From Azolla caroliniana (lineage: Eukaryota; Plantae; Polypodiophyta), in NCBI GenBank assembly GCA_043228905.1, contig JBHGNT010000002.1:23188001-23252000 (forward strand): a stretch of 64,000 nucleotides of DNA, in the 5' to 3' direction. The notes under the pieces were generated by a model. The model searched no databases and was not told where the DNA came from. It worked only from the letters and a program-made list of their open reading frames with translations. Below, piece by piece: positions 42,729-55,200 of the stretch (position 1 is the stretch's first letter; every line of letters begins with the position of its first letter). The position numbers and the translations under genes are program-made.

Positions 42729-45360
42729 TTAGGAAACAAAATTCAATAGAATGATTGAAAGGAAAGGAATAAACAAATAAAGAATGTGAGGAGAAAGAAT
42801 GGTAGAAATCATTGGAAGGATAATCAAACAATCAAAGAAAGTAAAAAACTTAGTTATTTTACAATTTCGACAATGGAAATATAATTATGGCCCTCACCAC
42901 CTAATGGCACTAGGGTATAACAAAAACTATATGGTCTACATTGGTTAACTTTATAATAGATTGAATGCGAGTGCATCTTATGCAAAAAATTAAAAAAACA
43001 ATTGAATTAGATTTTCCGCACATTTTGACCCATGATACATTCATGATGATGTCAAATAATCATGTATCATAATGTACGAGATGCTAGATTCATCATAAAG
43101 ATTAGAACTATTATAAACTATCAATATCCATATTCTGCATCTCAAAATACAAAAAGAAAAATATCCATTCATCATTTCTTGTGTTGTGTTGCAAGGGAAC
43201 TATTTTTTTTTATAAGAACTAGGGAAACATATGCATAGCCTACGTTGGCATGCGTAAAAAGTTCATGGGAACTCTATAATTATTTAATATATGTTCATAA
43301 CCATAAACCTAAAATGCACAAAATGCATTTACCTCTTTTATAGTAAATGATTTGGCAGAGTCAGTTACCCATATATATTTGAAAATTGTCATCTAGTGAA
43401 CAATGATGAATCACCTCAATGTTTGAATGGATGAACGAGAGATAGATAGATAGATAGATTCTATTATCATCTTCGGAGGTCAAATATGACCTATGAGACC
43501 AAAAATATTATATTTCGTATGATACATGTGAAAGTGTGCAGCAACTCTTGATGTTCAAGAACTTTACCAATGAATGTTGCAATTGAAAGTGCACATTGTG
43601 GTTGTAAAAGAAATTTGTGCAAGGATTGGGCTTGGCCGAAGATGTGTGGAAAGCATGGTTGAATATGAGAGAGAGAGAGAGAGAGAGAGTTTTATTATTG
43701 TTAGCGAATGTCCAATATGATCTACGAGACCAAAAAGATAACATTTTCATGTAATACATATGAAAGTGAGAGTGCACCCTTGAGCGCCCATGAGAGGATT
43801 CATGAAAGGATCCAATAGTCGAACGTGATCAATGGTAGAGCATTTTATTGGTGTGATACTCAATCCTAAACTTTTTTAGAGCAAAATGTCATTAGCTAAC
43901 TAGTCTCATTACATGTGTCCCAATGTACCAGCTCACATTAAAGTGAGTGTGAACTAAGTTGTATGGAAAAAATGTTTTAGATTACAAACAACAAAATGGG
44001 CTCTAACATGCGTTGATGTGTGTGGTTTCCCTGTTTGGCAAAGAATATGGTTTTGTAGTTATGTGCAATATGTGATGTAGTATAATATGTGAAGTGTGAG
44101 CCTCCACATTTTCCCCATGCCATGATACATTGATATCGCAAAAATGCCCCACTCATAAAGGCATCTATTAATGCATCATGAAACAAGTGTGTTGCATCAT
44201 TTTACAAATCATTTCTCTATATCTTGCATCCACCCATAACACAAAATTTTGCTTTTATTCATCTTTTGGATATTTTTTCTTACTTCCCATCTACTCGAGA
44301 ATTTTTTGAACTGTCAGCATCTATTCAACAACTCTTTCCATGGCTATGATCTCAATAGGAAGTGATCTCGTCTCAAGTAGGAGGGTGTATGGTGTTTGTT
44401 TCTTTACTTGGGGGACACTTTTGTAAGAAAATGCTTTGGGACATTTTCAAGTCTCTCCGCATGGAATTAGGGATGTTGTCATAGAGAGGGGTGGGGGGGG
44501 AGCATTGCATTGACATCTTACAAACAAAACATACACACCACATGTCAAAGTAAAACTTATTGGTGGATGTCATACACAAATCACACAATTTAGTGACAAA
44601 TAAATGATTTCATGGTGGGGGAACTAATAAATTATGCTTTGCGTTAATGAATTGCCTTAAAGTAAAGGTAAACCAAAAGGTGTAGAATATCGATGTCATC
44701 CCTTCAAACCTACTAATTTTGGGTTATATTTAGTATGTTCGTAAGTACATCTTAATAATATACCTTTACACATAATCCTGCCAAGGAAATGTAAACTTAA
44801 CATGATCATGTTTGCAAGAATTTAATATTGATTATCCTGCTTTAAAGGCACAAGTACTCATGGTGACCATTAAATGGACTTTCTAATCCATCCACAAGTT
44901 TGTCTTTTGACTTGGCCAAACCTTGTTTTTAAGATGTAACTTATCTATTCAACTTTGATAGCTTTCCAATACAGTTGCGTTGATTTATATAATGTTATTT
45001 TAATAATCCAAAATGGGAGTGGCCATTACATGAATGAAATCCATGTGCAATTGTGATTTATGAAGATGAAAGTGGATTTCGATATACATATGACTACTTG
45101 AATAAATTTTATGTGTTAAGCACACATTTTAGTTAAAGAAACAAAGAAAACTCATGCATGTTTGGAGTGTCATTGAGATCGACTTGGAAATCATGGGATG
45201 CATATTTACATCAAACCATTGGCATATGATCACACAGAATAATCAAGCACTCAATTGCATGTAACTATGTTTTGCATTTTCAGAAAAACTAAATATGGCA
45301 AGCAAGGAAATGATGCCATAGTTCATATAGTATCCCCACAATATAGAGTTTCCAAGTTTT

Positions 45361-45960
45361 TTTTTTTTTTTCCAAAAAAAACTCTTTCCATTAGTTATAA
45401 AAATTTACAAATGAGACGATTATGTACAAATCCCTAAAGGGACACGATAGTTCCATCTTATGTGGATGCCCACTGACTCAAGAAAGGGAGAGGACGACCA
45501 CTGTTGGATGAAGGCTATGCGTTGTCTTTCAACTCCCTCGGAGCCGCCCTTAAGGCCATCATATTGGCTCTTCAGAGTGGCTACAATTTCACTCCATATC
45601 TCTTGCAGTAACCTTGTTGGATGGGCGGTTTGGTTGGAGAAGACTCGCCTACATCGTTGTTTCCATAGAATCCAAAGGGTTATTGGGCTGACCAATTCCA
45701 ACACCTCTTGAGATTTGTCATTAAGAGGAATAGAGTGGACATTGTCGCTAGAGGAGAAAAGGACCTCATGTGCTTTTATCACCAAAGTCATCCCCTCCTC
45801 CTGATGCTCGTATCCAATTGCAACCTGCCATGATAGCCAACATACACTTGATTAAACCTTGCACCTGGTATAATTGCAGCAAGCGGCCAACCCCCCGCCA
45901 TATTCGATGGGACATTGGGCAGTCCCACAGAGCGTGTCATATGGATTCTACTGCATGTCG
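45361..45960 (-). mobile_element. 5'-truncated L1 LINE with poly(A) tail and TSD
   Basis: ES.*HALWDCP and LWILWKQRCRRVF (ORF2 C-terminus); T-run 45357-45371; TSD TATAGAGTTTCCAAGTTTT at 45342-45360 and 45961-45979. Confidence 0.9.
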
Positions 45961-47325
45961 TATAGAGTTTCCAAGTTTTGAAAGACACTTTGTTGCATTA
46001 TCTTCGACACCAGATCAAGTGGTTTGCAATTAAAAAATGTGCAAGAGTAACTTTGATGTAATAACTTCATGGAAACAATCAAGAGGCAACAAATCATGTT
46101 GTATTCATGCAAAACATTATTTGTTCATGCCCCTCTTACTAACACAAGAAAAGGGATACTATATAATGGCCCCATCTATATAATGATCACCACACATTGT
46201 GTGCAATGTCTGTATGTCATGGTTTCCTAACAAACTATCCAATCTACAATCTAAGCCCATGCAACCCCCCAAAAGGAGATACATTGATATTGTTGCACTA
46301 CATTCAAGATGGCACTATATCCCTACATCAATGCTTCCTAATGTGTATGGATTGCTACTAATTTCGAATGAAAGTGAATGTTATATTTACATACATAGTA
46401 AGGAAGGTGACCGCCGATGAAGGCAATTAGTAACAAGTGTCACAAATAGAATACACATAAAGATGATGGTTTTTTTCGTTGTTCACGATATTTTCTCTTT
46501 TACGCGAGAAAATAGCAACATAAAAACTTATGACAAAGGTGAGGAAGAGCCATTCCTATTCCAATATTTAAGTTGAAATATGGCTTTCTTTTTATCCATA
46601 CATACATATATGCACATATTCCAAAAGAGCAATGCATCTTAGAGCTTCCATCCTAGTTCAAGAAATCATAATATATCGCATCTCTCTAGAATTAGGCGCC
46701 CTTTGAGGAAATGAGTATGAGATATAGGTACTTGGCAAAAGTGTCATACACACCCTTGAATATAAAAGCAAACCTCTTCATGAAATGAAGGATTGCATGT
46801 AATGTTGCACCCTTTTCATACAATCCTCAAACACCTTACTTTAACGAGAATACCTTTTCGTCTGCAAGCATACTTAAGGCACATGTTCGCACAAATGCTC
46901 AGCGTAGTCCTTTTTTTATTGCAAAAGTATTGGAGACATGATCATATAGTCTTAGGTGCAACGAGAGGATGCAAAGCTTGCTTGTACCTATCATGGGGCC
47001 CATACAATACATTTAGTGCCAGAGATGTCATTATTAAAGTGTTGCTTTGACCATGAAAGGTGTGCTTCTTTTCTCCTCTCTCTCTCTCTCTCTCTCATTT
47101 TATTTAAGTTCATCCTTACATAGGGTGAAATACTCTACTTTCGGATAGGCGTAATCATATACCTTAACAAGTCAAATCGTATTATAACCTCGATGGAAGT
47201 AGGATGTTAACCAGGATGCTCATAATGCGTGGGTATGGCACATACAGTTATGACCTTAGTGGAGAAGTAGGACGTGAACGTACGAATACGGGAAGTGCTC
47301 ATAAATAAATGCATGGATAAGGCGA

Positions 47326-47615
47326 CACACACAAACACAAACACAAACACAAACACAAACACAAACACAAACACACACGTTCGAAGATCACAGAGGAAGG
47401 CTGATTCGCGATCCGGAGTGAGAATCGTTGTGTTTCGACGACGGAGGGTTTTCTGCAAGAAGAGGTCCGGTCTCTATGTGAGGATTTCGAGCACGGGAAG
47501 TCTCTATGGTTGGCCTCGGCCGCACGGCCCACGACTCTCGGATGGGCACTCGGGAGGCTCGGGAAGAGAAGCCATGGGATGGGCGGGGGGGGGGGGGGTA
47601 TATGTACGTACACAA

Positions 47616-47659
<44 letters not shown>

Positions 47660-48160
47660 TCCCAAAAGGAATCAAAGAGAGGAATAAAGAAAGAATGGAA
47701 GAGAATCCTCATGAATCCATGACTTTGTGAAGTGGAGAGAAAAAAACAAACAAAAAGATAAGGAAGAAGAGAGAGAGAGAGATTCAGAGGGGGACAAACC
47801 CTAATTCCATAACAGAGATGCACACACGAGAGAGAGAGAGAGATTCTAGGGGGGGGAGGGGGGGTTGGAAACCCTAATTCCATAACAGAGATGAGGGTAG
47901 AAACCCTAATTCCATAACAGAGATGGACACACACACACACACACACAGAAGCAGCAAAAAAGGAGGCCTTCCATTGATTGGACGAATCGTCCTTCCTCCT
48001 CCATTCAGTTTTCCATCTAAATTTCTCTCTCTTTCTTTTTCTTTTTCTTCTTCTCTCTCTCTCTCTCTCTCTGGATCTAGTACAGTTTTTCTTCTTCTTC
48101 TTCTTCTTTCGTATATATATATATTTCCTTCTTTCACAGCACACACACACACACAGACAC
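47326..48160. promoter_or_regulatory. Microsatellite-rich promoter/5' leader region of the bZIP gene with three telo-box-containing 25-bp repeats
   Basis: (CAAACA)n, (GA)n, G-runs, (CT)n; AAACCCTAATTCCATAACAGAGATG at 47796, 47869, 47901; TSS not determinable. Confidence 0.6.
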
Positions 48161-48957
48161 AGATTCGGACATGGTGCCGCTCCTCGCCTTTTCTTCTCAA
48201 ACAGAGCCATGGTGACTCCTTTTCAAGGTTTCCCCTCCCCTCCCTTCTACTTGAAATCCAAATGAAAAATTGACAGATTTACGGAAGCTAGACGACATAT
48301 TTTGGTCTTTCTGATTTCTTCAGAAGACGGAGCTATGGCGAACCTTGTTATTTTAGGGTTTCTTTTTGAAAAATCCAGAGATTAGAAGTGGAAGGTATTT
48401 TTAGTTTCTTCGGAAACAGGGTTATGGCTACCCTTTGTTTCAAGGGTTTGACTTTAAGATACAGAGATTAGACCTTTGAGTTCTTCCGATTTCTTCTAGA
48501 ACTGTCCTTTTTAGGGTTTTTGTTCAAAGCCGAAGTGAAAATAGACAAACTATGGAGATGAGACTTATTGGGTCGTTCTGATTTCTTTCAAAAACCAAAT
48601 CTACGTGAACTTTATCGTGGGTTTCTATCTGAAACATATGCGAAGAAAGACAGATTTACAAAGATTCCATATATTCGTCTGGTTTAGGGTTTCTGCTGGA
48701 AATCCAAGTGAAAAGGCCAAATTTGCAAAGAATAGACATTTTCTGGGTCTTTTTAGATGTTTCTTCTTTCTCCTTTATAAGAAGAAACAGAGTGATGGAG
48801 AGAGAGCTTTGACTACTGTTTCTATCTTTAGAAACTCTAAGTAGAAGAGCTTCAAACAAAAAGACAGATTGACAAAAAAAATAGACTTTCTGTAAAACTT
48901 TCAGATTATTCCATATTCCACTTCTTCTTGTTTTCTGTTGGGTAATTCTTTCTAGAT

Positions 48958-50178
48958 ATGGATGACGGAGATGTAGGCCATCTCTTTGCAGATGAAAGCG
49001 ATAATTCTGTCGAGAATTTCCTAGAAGAGCTATGGAAGAACACACATTCTTGCACCCACACCCACACATGTAATCCTCCTGGTCCAGATAATGCACACAC
49101 TCACACATGTACCCACACACACACTCAGCTTTTTGCCTCCCTTGATGGCAAATCTCTCTCAGCCGGAGCGCAAAATATTACCTCTTCAGATCACCATAGC
49201 CCGTCTGAACCTTCGTCTTCCTCTCTCAACCTAAGGAAGCAACCACAAGGTGTTGGGAATAGAGAGGCAGTGAGGAAGTATAGGGAGAAGAAAAAGGCCC
49301 AAACTGCACATCTTGAAGAAGAGGTCTTGAAACTTCGGGCTATGAATCAACAATTGGTGAAGAAATTGCAAGGGCATGCCAGCCTTGAACAAGATGTGAT
49401 AAGATTAAGGAGGATTCTGGCTGAGTTCCGGGGCCGAATCGATGGCGAGATCGGTCCCACATCATCAGGCTGCAGGGGTCGAAGCCAAATCGATGGTCGA
49501 GATGTGATTGCACCCACATCATCATTGTTGCATCAGAGCCAGATTGATGGTGGAGATTTTATGCCTGTATCATCATGCTGGGACCGAAGAATGGATTGTG
49601 GAGATGTTATCACTGCACCACCTTCATCTTCATTGTGTCCGAATAAGATTGATAGTGGAGATCTCGGCGGTCCTGAGCCCACATTGTCATCATCTTGCCA
49701 GGTTGGTCAAAGAATGGATGGTGGAGATCTCACATCATCATCGTGCAAGGGTGGTCTAAGAACTGAAATAGACGTTAGAGATTTCGCAGTGGCTGGGCCC
49801 ACATTGTCATCGAGGCGTGGTCGGAAGTCCACACAACTGCCGGAGCCCGTGAACACCACCACCTGTGTTGTGTACGAGAAGGAGAGGATGGGTGTGACCA
49901 CCATAACTGCTGCCCAACCACCACCGCAACCCTCACCAGCCATCATTTCAGGTGGGCATAACTATCTCAATTCTTGCAATGTAGAATGTCATTCCGATGT
50001 CCCTTGTTTCTACTCGACCGTTGTGGTGGGTAGTGTGGAAAAAGGCTCTTCTACTCCTCAAGAGCATAGCTCTGTTGCAGGCCGAGGATCCTCATTATCA
50101 TGTGAGGATATGGATGGTAATGGCAACTATAGTTTACGATCATCGAAAAGGAGAAAAAGGAAAGGTTTAGAACCATAG
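48958..50178 (+). CDS. bZIP19/23: Group F bZIP transcription factor (bZIP19/bZIP23-like zinc-deficiency sensor)
   Basis: 406-aa ORF, MDDGD start, His/Cys motifs CTHTHTCNPPGPD..HTHTCTHTHT, basic region GNREAVRKYREKKKA, leucine zipper ending RGRIDGEIG; acceptor-like TTCTTTCTAG 2 nt before ATG suggests a 5'UTR intron. Confidence 0.95.
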   Translation: MDDGDVGHLFADESDNSVENFLEELWKNTHSCTHTHTCNPPGPDNAHTHTCTHTHTQLFASLDGKSLSAGAQNITSSDHHSPSEPSSSSLNLRKQPQGVGNREAVRKYREKKKAQTAHLEEEVLKLRAMNQQLVKKLQGHASLEQDVIRLRRILAEFRGRIDGEIGPTSSGCRGRSQIDGRDVIAPTSSLLHQSQIDGGDFMPVSSCWDRRMDCGDVITAPPSSSLCPNKIDSGDLGGPEPTLSSSCQVGQRMDGGDLTSSSCKGGLRTEIDVRDFAVAGPTLSSRRGRKSTQLPEPVNTTTCVVYEKERMGVTTITAAQPPPQPSPAIISGGHNYLNSCNVECHSDVPCFYSTVVVGSVEKGSSTPQEHSSVAGRGSSLSCEDMDGNGNYSLRSSKRRKRKGLEP

Positions 50179-53100
50179 GCTATATATATACACACACACA
50201 TATGTAGTCCCATGTATTGTTGCATTTTTCTTCACATTAATAGGCCTATGGGCAAAAATGGACGCAAAATGAAGAACGGAACTATGGATGATGCATGGCT
50301 AACCATGGTCTATACATAGTTTCTCTAGTCTTGTGTTTTGGTGGTGTTTTGTTACGTCATACTTAAGATCGAAATAGACGAAGGAACTGAACCATGGGCA
50401 ATGGTGAATATTACTGCTCTGGTTGCATGTTCTAGTTGATTTTTTTTTTTGTTTACTCGGTACTGTATGTGATCTTGAAATGGGCGAACAAGGAAGCATT
50501 GAATCACAGGCTGGGCTATATATGGCCATGTATGACTTCCCTAATCTCATGTTTAAATGAGTTTTTTGGTTTTTGCTTTATGCATCCGATTTCATGGCGA
50601 GTGCTTCATACCTGAATTATACGGCCAATGCATGTTTACATCAATGAAAGAATGATACATGGCCGATGTCTGTATGTAGTCGATGATGCTCGCATATATG
50701 GTGTCTTTGTGCCCCAAACATAATGCTTTACATCTTGTCATGAAAGTTTGTCAAACAACATGAGCCAATCTAAATAAGGATTTGCTTTAGTTTGTTTTCC
50801 TCAAGATGGTGGTAGAGAATAAAGAACGTCCAAGTAGGGAGAAATAACTTGGATTTGATGTACATATATGCTTCCTGAAGCTTCGGATCTTTAGGGTAGG
50901 ACATAATCAGGAAAAAAGTCTCGTAGGTCAAATGTATGAAAAAGAAAATCTGTATAGCTCAGAGGAAATAAAAAGTGCTTTGAATCATCAGGTTATTTGT
51001 GTTGCTAACTTGTTCTGTTTCTCATGGTCTTTCTAGTTTAGCTAGTGGTTCATCAATGGTGGTTTATGAAATGATGGGCAGTCATGACATTATTGTTAAT
51101 GTGGTGGGGCATGTTATGGACAACATGGTTTCATCAAGGTTGGCATTGCTTAATGATCACCCTTAATTAAGTATAGAATGATGTTTATGTTTTCATAGTA
51201 ATGATCATTGCATTTTGTTCTCTGTCCTCTGGTATGGAAATGATGTGTCAAAACAAAAGGGTTAATAAACATTGACATTTATGAGTGGAGCGTGAAGCTT
51301 ATGTATGAAAACAATTTGCTATGAAAATGGCATTTTAAAAGGGTAAAACATGGCTATATATGAGAGACTCTTCTACAAAGGCATTTTTAAAGCAAAGAGG
51401 GTTCAATGTATGTATATGCATCATGTCTATTATGTTCATGAGCTGTATGGTTAGTTTGTCATGCAAGAGATGGGGCTTTTAAGTTGGGATGTGGATTCTG
51501 TTGCAAACTCATGTTGATTCATGACCTTGTGAATCTTCCAATGTGAGAGGTATGTACAAAGATAAATTTGGTGGTATCATGTTTTTGGAATGATTTGGGA
51601 TCATAAATGAACACCTTGTAAAATTGATGTGCCAATAATGAATTGCGATGCTATAGATTGACAGGTAAAAAGAGATAAGAAATGGGTGGTTTGGTCACAT
51701 GTGCTTTCACATTTCTATGACATAGAGCTATTTGTTTCTTTCAAGTGTAAAAAGAAAAAGGATTGATGTGGTACTGTGGTTTTCTACCATTGTATGTTGT
51801 CAACACATCAGCACGAGGTAATGTCTTTTCATATAAGATGCTATAGACAATGCTTCGTATGTATCTATAATCTTCGTGCCTTTTTCCAATGCTATTTTTG
51901 TAATTTGTAATATGCATACGGTGGTTGGGATTGAGATATTGTTTGAAACTTGAGTGTGATACCAACGAAGTATTTGTAACCTTTGAGAACATGATAGTGT
52001 GGAGACAAGATTATGGGTGCTCACACCTCAGGTTGTGTAAAAGTGCATGGGATAGTCACATTATTAAGATGAATGGAAATATGCTATGGTTGTCAAAATA
52101 TTGAGTGCTTAACATTTTCCAATATAATTTGCTATGCATAGTGATTTAGTATGATCTAATTTACAAAGATTTGTAATACTCATATTTCTTTTCACTATCA
52201 AATGTTATGCATTGAGAATAATTGTCTAGCTATATACAATGTTATTGTTTTCCATGAGTCAATATTGGGAACTTAACAAACATATCGGAGGTTGTGGAGA
52301 TAAAGGCAGAGATTGTTTTGTTGTATTAGTGCATGCATGGCTTGGTTGGATATGCATAAAGCTTGTGTATCTCTTCTTCTAGCCCTTTTTAAATGGTAAG
52401 AAAACATAGAGATTGAATACAACTATAAATGTACAAATAATTTTGGAAGATGGAGAAGCGAAAAAATTTAGAGGAGATTGTGGTAGAATGAAGACTCCAA
52501 TGTGCAAGAACTAAAGAGGTGACAACATATTATTTAGTGATGATGGATTGGTTGTAGAAAATTGGAAGTATACAACACATTGCTAACTGACTTCTTGTAG
52601 AAATGAATGATGATTGTCAATGAAGATGGAATGATTACAAATGGATAAATCTTATGTGGCCACTGGCCACCCATACATTTCCTTGTTACTTTGCCTTCTC
52701 TAGGGATTCCCTTAATTCTCTTACACATGCCCCTCATCTATTTGTCATGTCGCCCCCCCTTCATGGCTCCTAATTTATTTCAAAACTTATCTTAGTCACG
52801 TATACATAGTCCATTTATGTTTATAATATTTTGACACCAAGCATTAGATTGTGCTAAAGGAGAGGGTTCCTTATCACTCACTATTTCCCTATAAAAGTAA
52901 GACAAACTCCTCTAAACTTGTACCCAACCAATAAAGTGTGTCCTTGGTTGGAAGCATGACCTCAAATGCTACCAATCTTGTTGTTTTCCTAAACACAAGG
53001 TAACCATTCAACATTATAAATTATATTTCCCTCTATGATCAAGGGATTTGTCTATTGTTGAATTGTGCATTGGCGTCTAGAATATAATATCCATCTCTAG

Positions 53101-54217
53101 GCTTCAGCACATGACCTCAAGGTTATAGATTTTGAGGTTTACTAATTAACCTCGAGCAACTACCGGAAACTAAGTAATTTATTCTCAACCAGAAGATTTG
53201 TCAATGGGTAAATAATGTATTTATGTGTCCATTTATATCTATTTGAGTTATGATGGACTTGTTAAACTTGGTCACATGACCTCAAAGTTCTAGATTTTGC
53301 AATTTGCCTTAATAAAACACAAATATCACGCCGCCTAGTAGGAAGAGTATTGGTCCTACCCCAAACATCCCTTGATTAAGAAATAGATACAAGCCATGTG
53401 CTTAAAATAACTTTTTTAACATTTACTTCACAATATTAATTAGCATTGTGGTTAGTGCTAATTACAACTCTCTATTATGAAATTAGACATAATTGTAAAA
53501 ATTAACATTATGACTAGTGTTGAATATAGAAATAAATAGTATTGAGATCAATGCAGTATTTAGTATTGTGACTATTTTGATCATTAGCATTGTAATCAGC
53601 ACTAATGATAATGCCAAACACTCTAATTACCACACTAATCACATTTCTAGTTTAGACATTGCATTGCAACTAATTTGATAATTAACATTGTATATTATTG
53701 CAATCCCACATCGCTAGTTTAGGTGTTCTAGCTTGTTCATCCCACCAAAAAAATGATCCATGTTGGAGAAATGGTTTCACAAATTAGTAAATACATATGA
53801 TTCTAAAAATGTGGGTGTAATTACTTCTTTTCTTTTACCAAGGACACAAGCTAATATTTTTGGAAATAACACGAACCAAATCAATACCCCTAAAAGTTAG
53901 AAATGACCCATTTTTCCACAACCAAGTTAATAGTTCGTGAATTTGTATCTATAGTTCATAAATATGTGTACGTGTGTGTTCGAATGCACACATGTGCATT
54001 TGCCAATGGAAGTTGGAACAAGTTGTCCATTTCTAAGATATTTTCTCTTCCATAGCTAATATCAATGTTTTAAAATTGCATTATTCTTGATAAAGTTGTA
54101 GAGAATGGTTTAAAACTAGCTTACCAAGCTTGTGGTGTTTCTAGAATTTCTTGAAACCAAATGCTCATTTATACCTATACATACTTCATAGATTAGAGGC
54201 CATGCAGTTCAAAGGAT

Positions 54218-55200
54218 TTTTTTTATCGTAAAAGATTCACCGTAGTATTAATGGAATGATGCCCAAAGGCTATAAAGAACTCATACAAGAAAACATAGCC
54301 ATCATACCCTCATCACCCACCATGTGGAGTAGCTAAAGCCCTCACCCATATACCTAAGCATGAAATCAGGGTCCTTCCAAGACGGGGGGCGGAAAAAGCC
54401 ATCTCAATGGAGCATATCTCCACTTTATTCTCTCCCCAAAAGAGGTGAAGACCTCTGCCCTTTTCCACATTTCTCTAAAATGTTGTTGCTTACGAAACAC
54501 AACATCAAGCTCACTAGTTATTGCCTCATATTGGCCCCTTAGAGTATGCAGAAGCATCAACCATATCTCCTTGACTAACTCAATTGCATTATGTTTGACT
54601 TTCTAAAGTTCACGTTCTCATCTTGCCTCCCACAATACCCAAACTACTAAAGAAAATATCATAGACCAAACCTTGTCCTCTACCAAACAACAGATTGTTG
54701 TAGTATAAGAGACCTCCAATACATGTCTTCCATCGAAGAGGAGAAGAAAATCAACACACTCCTTTTCGTATTTTTGTATTTCTTCAACCAACCTCCCCCA
54801 TCTCACAAAACCCCACGTGTACATATATTTATCATAAACAAGATACAAAATTCTCAACATTCTCTTCCAAACTGCTCTAGCAATAGGACATACCCATATG
54901 ACCACAACTATCACATTTTAAATCATGGTAATACTCCCACATCCATGATTTCACAGGGATCCCATAATGTACCAACAACCATCTAAACAATACAACTTTT
55001 TAGGAATTTGCATGGCCCATAGCCATTTCCAATAAACACCCAACCATTATATTGTGGCCCCCCAAAGGTGTTCTGTGAATCATTAACTAGTTGGCATCCT
55101 CTCATGTTGGTTGTGTACAAACATTTTGCAAATTCTTTCTCAATTACCTAAAGGTCATATTTTAAGGTGGATTCAAATAAGGGCTTTTGTGAAACTTTAG
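54218..55200 (-). mobile_element. Degenerate L1 3' fragment
   Basis: WVCPIARAVW, VWVLWEAR, IKWRYAPLRWLFPPP similar to the 45361-45960 element; boundaries approximate. Confidence 0.7.

Noticed and set aside
47299-48273. 303-aa and overlapping ORFs upstream of the bZIP
   Set aside because: Translations of microsatellites (CV, RE, SL runs) with no domain signal.
50300-54200. Additional host exons or genes downstream of the bZIP
   Set aside because: AT-rich sequence with only short ORFs and no recognisable motifs; small exons cannot be excluded without RNA data.
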